A stretch of 64,000 nucleotides of DNA from Candidatus Multivoradales bacterium (GTDB lineage Bacteria; Acidobacteriota; Thermoanaerobaculia; Multivoradales; JAHEKO01), in assembly GCA_965248055.1 (NCBI GenBank), contig CBDFIJ010000004.1, positions 1,120,001-1,184,000 on the forward strand. The letters are read 5' to 3'. The position numbers and the translations under genes were made by a program. Positions 18,421 to 25,896 of this stretch are shown one piece after another. The stretch's first letter is position 1, and every line of letters starts with the position of its first letter. The notes under the pieces are model-generated. The model had not been told where the DNA came from. It saw only the letters and a list, made by a program, of their open reading frames with translations, and did not search any database.

Positions 18421-19035
18421 TCACGCGAGGTGTTTCCTACCGCGCCTATTTCTATACCTAAACTTTCTCTGATACTCGCGCCGCTGCTTAGTAACTTCAT
18501 ATAGAACGATCCCCGACGTTGTGCCCAAATTCAGGCTTTCGATCATGCCGAGCATCGGTATGTTCACACACAACTCGCTGCGAGCGACCGCAAGGTCACT
18601 AATCCCCCTGGATTCACTGCCAAACCACACCGCTAGCTTGTGATGCTGGGTGTAGTCACCTTCATCCAGCATCACATTTTTGTGGCCTTTTTGATGAGGC
18701 GACGTAACGATAGACACGTACTTGTTCTTCTCCAAGTGCTGGAGACAAGCTTCTGTGCTATCAAACCTTCTTACAAAGCTCCACTTAATCGCGGAAACGG
18801 ATGTCGTCGACAATGATCTACTTTCCCTCATGTCCTGCCAATCATCGGGCAGGGCTCCGTTTGGGTCCACGACATACGCCTTTTCCACACCCAAGGCGTT
18901 TACGTTTCTGATTACCGTGCCGATATTCTTAATGTTATGGGGGTCTTCAATAACAGCAATTAAGTACTTGCATCTATACGGCTTGACCTTGTCCGCACGT
19001 TGGCGCTTGCTACTCTTCTCTGCTGGTTCTTGCAC
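18421..19035 (-). CDS. TrmH/SpoU family RNA methyltransferase
   Basis: PHNIKNIGTVIR, FGSESRGIS, IPMLGMIESLNL. Confidence 0.92.
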   Translation of the reverse strand: MQEPAEKSSKRQRADKVKPYRCKYLIAVIEDPHNIKNIGTVIRNVNALGVEKAYVVDPNGALPDDWQDMRESRSLSTTSVSAIKWSFVRRFDSTEACLQHLEKNKYVSIVTSPHQKGHKNVMLDEGDYTQHHKLAVWFGSESRGISDLAVARSELCVNIPMLGMIESLNLGTTSGIVLYEVTKQRREYQRKFRYRNRRGRKHLA

Positions 19036-19142
19036 TGGTTTCTCTCCGTCGTTCTAATCCTGTCTAGCTCACGGTACCCCGCCCTGGCAAATGGGGAACG
19101 GCAGTGCCAACAACATTCGCCTGGTACCTCTAGCGGAAAACA

Positions 19143-19316
19143 GAATTTGTCGTGGGTTTGATCGGCATGAAGAACGAAATCGACCTCGGGGCCTGCTACA
19201 GCCAAAGGAGGTGAAGTGGACTGCTCTGAGGAATCAGTCGGCGCGCCCATCTGACACGCAACAAAACCTAGAGTGCAACCGACCGACAGGAGTGAGAGCA
19301 CGAGTTTTTTCTTCAT
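19143..19316 (-). pseudogene. 5' fragment of a second acetamidase lipoprotein gene
   Basis: MKKKLV...GFVAC...DFVLHADQTHDKF aligns with the N-terminus of 17304-18338; 24 bp identical (19143-66 vs 18171-94), after which homology stops. Confidence 0.8.
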
Positions 19317-19546
19317 TAATTTACCTTGGTCCAGCAATTGTTCAATCTTAGTAACACCAAGAAATAGTACTCCACACGAGCACTGTCCAGGCTAGCGACG
19401 CACCGTCTCTCTTCAAAAAGAGTGCGGCACCTACTTCCCTTCTACATCTCTGGCACGCGCAATCCCAGTTAATCGCATCGCGCCCTACCTTGGGGCAGCT
19501 ACCGCCTCTCTGCTATTAGCCAAGTCTTATTGGATCCGGCCCGCTG

Positions 19547-20134
19547 CTAGGCGTCAGAAGGGTACTTTAAGCACCACGAGCGATACAGCTCACGCAAAAG
19601 GGACGGGTACACAACCCACCGACGAAACGGTTCGATCAGAAACATGTAGAAAGCGGTGAGCCGCCCAACCGGTTTCACGTAGATGGCCCACAACAACCGA
19701 AACCCGTCTTTACGTCGAATTAATACCCATACGAGCGCGGCGTGCACTGTCGAGTTACGGATCTCACTCATCGCTTCATTGGGATGAACATATAACACGG
19801 TGAACGGTCCGTCCTTCGAACCGGTGGCCACTGTGGAATGGGCGCGATCCGCTTCCGTGATGCGAAGTTGAAACAACCCCTCCTCGCCTACAGGCTCCCG
19901 CTCCCATCCGAATAGCCGACCCAACAACCATCGAATCTCGAACAACAGTCGGACCAAACCGGGCGGCCGGATCGCCAAGACCAGAGAACGGATGTTGGCA
20001 ATCGTGCGCCCGTCACCGCCACCCGGCAAGTCCAGCTGCCACACGTCATGGAGTGGCACACCGTCGAGAACGGTATGGGCACGCAAGTCTTGACTGAGGT
20101 ACTCCGATGCGTCGGTAAGAGCCCATGGAGGCAT
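19547..20134 (-). CDS. DUF2867-like protein, probable integron cassette
   Basis: LHDVW...EIRNSTVH...AIYVKPVGRLTAFYMFLIEPFRRWVVYP; preceded by a GTTAGGC core site at 20164-20158. Confidence 0.75.
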   Translation of the reverse strand: MPPWALTDASEYLSQDLRAHTVLDGVPLHDVWQLDLPGGGDGRTIANIRSLVLAIRPPGLVRLLFEIRWLLGRLFGWEREPVGEEGLFQLRITEADRAHSTVATGSKDGPFTVLYVHPNEAMSEIRNSTVHAALVWVLIRRKDGFRLLWAIYVKPVGRLTAFYMFLIEPFRRWVVYPSLLRELYRSWCLKYPSDA

Positions 20135-20247
20135 GGCATTGATCCTTAGTTGCTACCGCCTAACGTCTCGCGATTTCTGCCGTGCCGCCACTCTGCAGGT
20201 TGGGCCTGCCCTCAAAAGAGGCACCCGAACGTGATCAGAGCTCCCTA

Positions 20248-20900
20248 AAAGTGCCAGCCGAATATTAGCAAGAACGCAGCAACGATTCTCGTCCCTCTCA
20301 CCATGAGCAGGAGACTTCGATTCATACCGCCCGGAGGCGCCTTGGTGGAGGTCACATGCCGTACCATCCAAGGTCGCTTTCTTCTCAAGCCCTCACCCCT
20401 AGCCAACGACATCATTCGAGGTGTCCTAGGGCGAGCACAGAGGAAGTATCCGGTGGAAATCCACGCGTTTGTCTTTATGTCCAATCACTACCACCTGTTG
20501 ATCTCGGTAGCTGATTCCGAGATATAACCGAAAGTTGTGTATGAGAGTTTGAAGGCGGCGTATCCTGAGCCCGGTTTTCAAAGCTGGGTTCAATCATCCC
20601 AAAAGGAGGATACGCCGTTGAGCAAGAGTAACGTAGTTTCAATCGCCGCCAAGGCCATTTGTTCCCGTATTGCAACGGCTCCGTCCAGATTGACTTTCCA
20701 CTTCCATCCCAGAAATGAAACATAGCCGCGCCCCAACATCGGAAAACAAGAAAAATCCAGCAGAAAGAACGCGACCTAACCCCACTTGGCCTGCGATTCA
20801 ACCTGGAGAACGACGCGATCTCGCTCAAAAACACCAAACGAAAGTGTTGACATAGATCAAACGACGTCACGCACCATCCCCTCGAAACAAGGGTGGCACT
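20248..20900 (+). mobile_element. Internally deleted copy of the Y1 transposase element
   Basis: 20248-20521 is nearly identical to the start of the element at 22301; 20652-20900 is nearly identical to 23222-23470; the middle is replaced. Confidence 0.92.
20519..20645 (+). mobile_element. Probable left-end remnant of an IS256-family element
   Basis: GAGATATAACCGAAAGTTGTGTATG end-like sequence; inverted repeat CGGCGTATCCT/AGGATACGCCG covering SD AAGGAGG; TTG start giving MSKSNVVSI. Confidence 0.5.
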
Positions 20901-21027
20901 GGAATTGACGAGTTGACGAGTTGACAGTTGACGGCCCGCACCGTCTCCTCAAAAAGAGGGTGGTACCTATGTCCGCACCCATGTCCCCTATGCCCGAATT
21001 GCGCCAACGTCGCCGACCTACCGCCTC

Positions 21028-21303
21028 TTAATCTTTGGCCATGAAGATCCCGGCCAATCCACCAATCCCTGCTCCGAGAGCGCCCCAGAGTGCGTCGGCA
21101 ACTTCCTTATCGAAGACAGGAAGCAAGACCGCCCCAATTGCCAACAACAGAGTCACCGCTCCAAGAAAAAGGATAGCGGTGTTGTAAGTCTTGGATGGCA
21201 ACTTATCAACGATCGCCTGGCTGGCAGCGTCCAGTTGCGCATCTGGAACACCATGGTCTTTCAATGTACTTCTAACTGTGCTGATATTCATACGAATCTC
21301 CAT
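21028..21303 (-). CDS. Small 2-TM membrane protein
   Basis: Two hydrophobic helices at the C-terminus; flanked by the dispersed motifs. Confidence 0.75.
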   Translation of the reverse strand: MEIRMNISTVRSTLKDHGVPDAQLDAASQAIVDKLPSKTYNTAILFLGAVTLLLAIGAVLLPVFDKEVADALWGALGAGIGGLAGIFMAKD

Positions 21304-21556
21304 TTGTTGCGTTTAGAGGTTGGAAGAATTCGGGACTCTTGGTAATGCAATCCTGGATGTACCGCTTCTCCTCGCTGCGAGACAGTCGAGCGCTGTGCGG
21401 CGCATCGCCTCGTTGAGGGCTTGCGCGCCATCTCGACGCTACTCACGCCAACCACCACACCTCACAATTCAGTCGTCCAACCGCTAACAAAAAAGAACAC
21501 AGCGATTGTACACCGACAAGTGTGCGGAGCGAGCTAAAAGTGCCAGCCAAATATTT

Positions 21557-21690
21557 GGCTCCTTAAGCGCTTCAATCCTCGCGTCTAGCCCCTTGATACC
21601 TGAAGCGCTATTGACCTCGACGCCGAACATGGAAGGACCTACCAAGACGAGCGTCACTATTGATAATCGAATAGCGCTTTTTGACGGCAT
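21557..21690 (-). pseudogene. 5' fragment of a secreted protein, truncated at a Y1 left-end motif
   Basis: SD AAGGAAGG, ATG 21690, signal-peptide-like MPSKSAIRLSIVTLVLVG; runs into the motif at 21537-56. Confidence 0.5.
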
Positions 21691-21725
21691 TGTCCTTCCT
21701 TTTGTCAACATAGCGGAGTTTGAGC

Positions 21726-22190
21726 TCACCGGCGACACCCGAAACACCAAAGGCCCTTGGCTGCACCAACCAGAATACACCTTGCGGAAGGTTGCCGGCC
21801 CCCCAGCAGTTGAGTAGCGATGAAGGCCGCCAACGCGAAGAGTGGGGGAGCGGTTACGACACCTGGGAAATAGCTTCCTCGAAGAACAGCCATGGTGGGA
21901 TGAACGATTCCGTTTCCGAGTTCGATCAACACCCACGGCCACATCCAATTCGACGCTGATGGATGACCTGGTCGTACGCGGGCCAGATAGCACCAAGCTC
22001 CGAGGGCAATAAGAACACCGTTGAGAATCGCGAAACCCAACGCAAGGTCAGTGCTGACGAGGCCGCTCGCGAAGCGTGCAGGCGCGAACACTTCGTAGAG
22101 CTTGAAAACGTACTCCTCGATCGAATGAGCGCCCTGCGTGAGGACCAGAGCGAGGAAAGCGTTTCTAGTGCGCAGATCGATCGGACTCAC
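21726..22190 (-). CDS. HXXEE-domain membrane protein, probable first integron cassette
   Basis: AHSIEEY, NGIVH, YFPGVVTAP; GTG start 7 bp after GTTAGGC. Confidence 0.82.
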   Translation of the reverse strand: MSPIDLRTRNAFLALVLTQGAHSIEEYVFKLYEVFAPARFASGLVSTDLALGFAILNGVLIALGAWCYLARVRPGHPSASNWMWPWVLIELGNGIVHPTMAVLRGSYFPGVVTAPPLFALAAFIATQLLGGRQPSARCILVGAAKGLWCFGCRR

Positions 22191-22196
22191 GCAACC

Positions 22197-22260
22197 GCCT
22201 AACATCCAATGGACAGAAACATTGTTGTACAACACACCGATGAGCGTACTACGTTAATAA
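22197..22260 (-). other. Candidate integron attI site
   Basis: GTTAGGC (GTTRRRY) at 22203-22197 directly before a cassette-like gene, with no attC palindrome, and divergent from the intI remnant. Confidence 0.5.
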
Positions 22261-22300
22261 CAACGAGCGATCCTGGTGAACTTGCACGGATGGTCTCTAG

Positions 22301-23471
22301 AAAGTGCCAGCCAAATATTTGCAAGGACACAGCAACGATTCTCGTCCCTCTCACCATGAGCAGACGACTTCGATTCATCCCGCCCGGAGGCGCCTTGGTG
22401 GAGGTCACATGCCGTACCATCCAAGGTCGCTTTCTCCTCAAGCCTTCGCCCCTGGCCAACGACATCATTCGAGGTGTCCTAGGGCGAGCACAAAGGAAGT
22501 ATCCGGTGGAAATCCACGCGTTTGCCTTCATGTCCAATCACTACCACCTGTTGATCTCGGTGGCTGACTCCGAGCAAATGGCCAAGTTCATGAACCATCT
22601 CAACGGAAACTTGGCCCGCGAACTCGGCAGACTGCACAATTGGACGGACAAATTTTGGTCTAGGAGATACCAAGCCATCGTCATCAGTGAAGAACAAGCA
22701 GCGCAAGAAGAGCGAATGAAATACATACTCAGCCAGGGCGTCAAAGAAAGGCTGGTTGCCCATCCAGTTGATTGGCCTGGAGTTCAGAGCGTAGAGACGT
22801 TGCTGCGCCGCAAGTCGACCGTCGAAGGCCACTGGAGAGACAGGACCCGAGAGTTTCATGCTCGCGGGTTGGACAGTGGCTTGGTCTTTCGTACCAGGGA
22901 ACGAGTCTTCCTAACTCCCCTTCCCTGCTGGGCCGATCGCAATCCAAAGTGGATTGCTCAACGAATACAGGAGCTGATCCAGATTGTGCAACAGGACAAT
23001 CCGTTCATAGAGCGTTCAGAGATTCCCGACCTGGACCCTACATACCGACCGAGCAAGCTCAAGCGCCGACCAGCACCCATGTTTCACTGCGCCAGCAAGG
23101 CGATGCGCAGGATCCTCTATGAAGCCTACTCGTGGTTCGTCCTGGCATATCGTGAAGCCTGCGCTCGGTTGAAAGCTGGCAACCTCACCGCCGCCTTCCC
23201 TCCTGGGTCCTTCCCACCACCCAGGCCATTTGTGCCCGTATAGCAACGGCTCCGTCCAGATTGGCTTTCCACTTCCATCCCGGAAGTGAAACATAGCCGC
23301 GCCCCAACATCGAAAAACAAGAAAAATCCAGCAGAAAGAACGCGACCTACCCCACTTGGCCTGCGATTCAACCTAGAGAACGACGCGATCTCGCTCAAAA
23401 ACACCAAACGAAAGTGTTGACACACATCAAACGACGTCATGCACCGTCCCCTCGAAACAAGGGTGGTACCT
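22301..23471 (+). mobile_element. Y1 (IS200/IS605/RAYT-type) element, full-length copy
   Basis: Bounded by the left motif AAAGTGCCAGCC and the right hairpin plus GGGTGGTACCT; limits set by comparison with the second copy. Confidence 0.85.
22356..23243 (+). CDS. HUH Y1 tyrosine transposase (RAYT/IS200-like, 295 aa)
   Basis: MSRRLR start, FMSNHYHLL (HuH), FWSRRY, catalytic Tyr in MKYILSQGVK, DWPGVQS; C-terminal FPPGSFPP. Confidence 0.93.
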   Translation: MSRRLRFIPPGGALVEVTCRTIQGRFLLKPSPLANDIIRGVLGRAQRKYPVEIHAFAFMSNHYHLLISVADSEQMAKFMNHLNGNLARELGRLHNWTDKFWSRRYQAIVISEEQAAQEERMKYILSQGVKERLVAHPVDWPGVQSVETLLRRKSTVEGHWRDRTREFHARGLDSGLVFRTRERVFLTPLPCWADRNPKWIAQRIQELIQIVQQDNPFIERSEIPDLDPTYRPSKLKRRPAPMFHCASKAMRRILYEAYSWFVLAYREACARLKAGNLTAAFPPGSFPPPRPFVPV

Positions 23472-23492
23472 AGCGGCGCCCGTGCCCGTATA

Positions 23493-23576
23493 GCCCGGTT
23501 ACGCCACATGAGTCCGCGCACCGAGGACTCGTACTTGGGTTGGGTCAAGAGATAAATCAGGTTTCATGATCTGAAG
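23493..23576 (+). pseudogene. intI: Integron integrase N-terminal remnant
   Basis: Manual translation ARLRHMSPRTEDSYLGWVKR*IRFHDLK matches the IntI N-terminal signature (cf. IntI1 [25 protein letters not shown]); internal TAA at 23553. Confidence 0.8.
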
Positions 23577-23613
23577 TTCAAAAAAAAGAAAAAAGAGGGT
23601 GGTACCTATGTCC

Positions 23614-23785
23614 TCGTCCATCAAACTTCGGATCCGCCGCAACGGATGAGACCGAGGAATTCGCCGTTCCAGGTCAACGTAGCTGAACATTGATCCCTCA
23701 CCTTGATCCGATCCACGCATCAAAACCTCCTATTCCCAATTATAGAATCGTTATGGTCAGGTGGTGGGGTTTTTCAGCAAGCTCT
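23614..23785 (-). mobile_element. IS5-family remnant (left end plus first ~36 codons)
   Basis: End AGAGCTTGCTGAAAAACCC; SD AGGAGG; MRGSDQGEGSMFSYVDLERRIPRSHPLRRIR; cut off at the Y1 right motif. Confidence 0.85.
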
Positions 23786-24080
23786 TAGAGGTTGGATTTA
23801 CGATCTTACCGATCATTTCGAAGTACGAGAAGACAATCGCGATGAGCCCATAGGCAGCATGACACCAAATGTCTTGCTTCCCCTCCCGATCATCCTCCAT
23901 CTCCTTTAGCACCTGCACGGCAACACCAAGCTGCCAGACTTCCACTCTACATTCGAAGATTTCGATCTTGTCCGTGAGAGTCCACGGCTTCTGCTTTTGT
24001 TGAATGAACTGCATTGGTGGCAAGAACACATCCCCGGAGTTGAAGTCCAGGAACTTACTGCTACGGAACACCCCGTTCAT
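23786..24080 (-). pseudogene. Hypothetical gene fragment interrupted by the IS5 remnant
   Basis: Protein-like ORF (DKIEIFECRVEVWQL...SYFEMIGK) whose 3' end reads into the IS end. Confidence 0.6.
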
Positions 24081-24189
24081 ACGTTACCCACTACGAATCT
24101 CCTTTCTCCTTGATAAAGGCCTGACTGACCACGCCAGCGAACATCTCTCCTCGAAAAAGAGGGTTCTATGAGTCGGGCGGTCCAGTCAA

Positions 24190-24441
24190 GGGTTTTCTTT
24201 CCATCGATCATGCGTTCTTTAGATTCGGATCTAACCTCAGGACGAGCTTCTATTCGCACTCTCTTGGGTCCGTCTTTGGACCGGTGCATGGTGAGTTTTC
24301 CGTCTGTTGAGGAAATTCGATGCTCCCATCTGGCACGCGGAGTCCCAGCCTCCAACCCATTTATCGGAGTCATCGAAACTTTTCATCCGTCCTTTGAAAC
24401 TCATGACTGATTTCTCTTGCTTTCTTACTTCGAATCCTCGC
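24190..24441 (-). ncRNA. Candidate IS110 bridge/seekRNA (downstream non-coding region)
   Basis: About 250-nt non-coding region 3' of the transposase with hairpins (GGTCC-N5-GGACC) and short matches to the IS end (AUAGAA) and to the target motif (GUGCCA). Position is typical of the IS1111 group. Confidence 0.55.
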
Positions 24442-25455
24442 TTATGTGGCTTGTGGAAACGGCTGGAAATTCTCGTTTGTGACCCACAACCTATGCAGTA
24501 GGACTCCGATCTTTCTAGCCAGCGCTACCACTGCTTTGCTCTTACCTAGCCTTGCCACCAAACCCTCACCCCAGCGCTTGAGCGCTGAGTCCTTGTGACA
24601 CTGTAAAGATGCATGCGCAGCCTGGACCAGGAGTCGGCGCATCTCGCTATCCCCCTCCCGAGTGATCCGGCCACGGATCTCATGCCCTCCTGAGCTGCGA
24701 AGCGAGGGCCTCAAGCCCAGGCATGCTCCAACATCTCGACTCTTTTGAAACCGATCTGGATTGTCTACCCAGCCGGCAAAAGCCAAGCTCACCAGAGGCC
24801 CTACCCCGGGCACTGTCTGCAGACGAACGAGAAGCTCATCGGTACTTGCTTGAGCTTTCAGGTCATTCTCTAGCTCACAGATCCGATCCGACAGCTCACC
24901 GATCGTCGATACCAAGGGAGCCAGGGCCTCTGATACTCCCGAATCGAATCCCATCGATTCGTAACGCACCATGAAAATCTTGGCCGCACACGAAGGCATC
25001 CGGTAGCCCTGAGCACGCAGAGTCCCACGTACCGCGTTGATCAACGAAGTCCGAGACTTAACCAGAGCCGATCGCACCCGTAAACGAGTGCGAAGCTCCT
25101 GGGCCTCAGGGCTTCGCTGATACACCGGACGCAGAAACCCCAGGTCTAATCGGCTCAGCCGAGCTAAAACCTCGGCATCAATGCCGTCGGTCTTTAGTGT
25201 CGATTCGGCAATCAAACGCACTCGCCGGGGATTGACTACCGTTACCGCATGACCTAGATCACACAGCAACCGATATACCCACGGCGTCACCGGACCGCTC
25301 TCCAGCGTCACTTGTGCACGCTCACGAGAACCGAAGAACCCACGGATCGACGTCTCCGTCGTCGAAATCCGACGACGAACCGTCACCTCACCCTCCTGAG
25401 ATATCCCACATACCTCGCTGTACTTTGAGTGAACGTCAATGCCAAGATACTCCAT
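24442..25455 (-). CDS. IS110-family transposase/recombinase (337 aa)
   Basis: YLGIDVH, LES, KTDGIDA (DEDD RuvC), VPGVG, GLRPSLRSSG (catalytic Ser), VALARK; SD AAGGAG before ATG 25455. Confidence 0.96.
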   Translation of the reverse strand: MEYLGIDVHSKYSEVCGISQEGEVTVRRRISTTETSIRGFFGSRERAQVTLESGPVTPWVYRLLCDLGHAVTVVNPRRVRLIAESTLKTDGIDAEVLARLSRLDLGFLRPVYQRSPEAQELRTRLRVRSALVKSRTSLINAVRGTLRAQGYRMPSCAAKIFMVRYESMGFDSGVSEALAPLVSTIGELSDRICELENDLKAQASTDELLVRLQTVPGVGPLVSLAFAGWVDNPDRFQKSRDVGACLGLRPSLRSSGGHEIRGRITREGDSEMRRLLVQAAHASLQCHKDSALKRWGEGLVARLGKSKAVVALARKIGVLLHRLWVTNENFQPFPQAT

Positions 25456-25678
25456 GGTCGGTCTCCTTTCTCGGCTAGATGCCGATTTCTTTGGTTGATC
25501 CAAACTGGCACATTGTCCCAGCTTGGAGACCGACCGACTCATCTCATCTGGCACCTCTGTCTGCGTCAATATGGGGCACGATACTGCCTGGGGTACCGAG
25601 GACTGATAACTCGACTGCCTAGATCCTGATGAGTGGCTGGAGCGTTATCGACTCCTACTTAATGAGACCCAAAAACTA

Positions 25679-25891
25679 GCGCTGCCTTTCTTTGATCACT
25701 CAATACCGGGACGCCCCCACCCGGAAAGAAAAGATGTACCCCTTGACATAACACCGCCTAATAAGTGGCACCTATGTCTGTTCTTTTGGCGCTGCCTTTC
25801 TTTGATCACTCAATACCGGGACGCCCCCCACCCGGAAAGAAAAGATGTACCCCTTGACATAACCCCGCCTAATAAGTGGCACCTATGTCTG
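25679..25891 (+). repeat. Tandem direct repeat, 2 x ~102 bp (period 110)
   Basis: GCGCTGCCTTTC...CCTTGACATAAC...GTGGCACCTATGTCTG at 25679-780 and 25789-891. Confidence 0.95.
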
Positions 25892-25896
25892 GGAAC

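Larger units (their letters stand above)
16519..22320 (+). repeat. Dispersed 20-bp motif AAAGTGCCAGCCAAATATTT (left end of the Y1 element), 5 copies
   Basis: Copies start at 16519, 16631, 20248 (2 mismatches), 21537 and 22301. Confidence 0.9.
24164..25662 (-). mobile_element. IS110-family (IS1111-like) insertion sequence, ~1.5 kb
   Basis: Subterminal inverted repeats CTATGAGTCG (24166) and CGACTCCTAC (25649); outward TTGACT near the right end; flanks rejoin to form the dispersed motif. Confidence 0.8.
19399..25891 (+). repeat. Dispersed right-end motif: CCTC-A-rich loop-GAGG hairpin plus TGGTACCT/TGGCACCT
   Basis: Variants at 19399-433, 20209-26, 20870-900, 20937-74, 23440-71, 23590-613, 24146-63 (split by IS110); core-only copies at 19122, ~25765 and ~25876. 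Confidence 0.8.

Noticed and set aside
20905-20933. Short tandem repeat (TTGACGAG)n
   Set aside because: Real but only about four degenerate units between two motifs; likely slippage, with no function supportable.
23244-23471. TnpB/IscB gene or omega-RNA next to the Y1 transposase
   Set aside because: No nuclease ORF follows; only a ~230-bp non-coding end whose function cannot be assigned from sequence.
24077-24373. 98-aa minus-strand ORF
   Set aside because: It lies in the IS110 non-coding end and crosses the element boundary; not protein-like.
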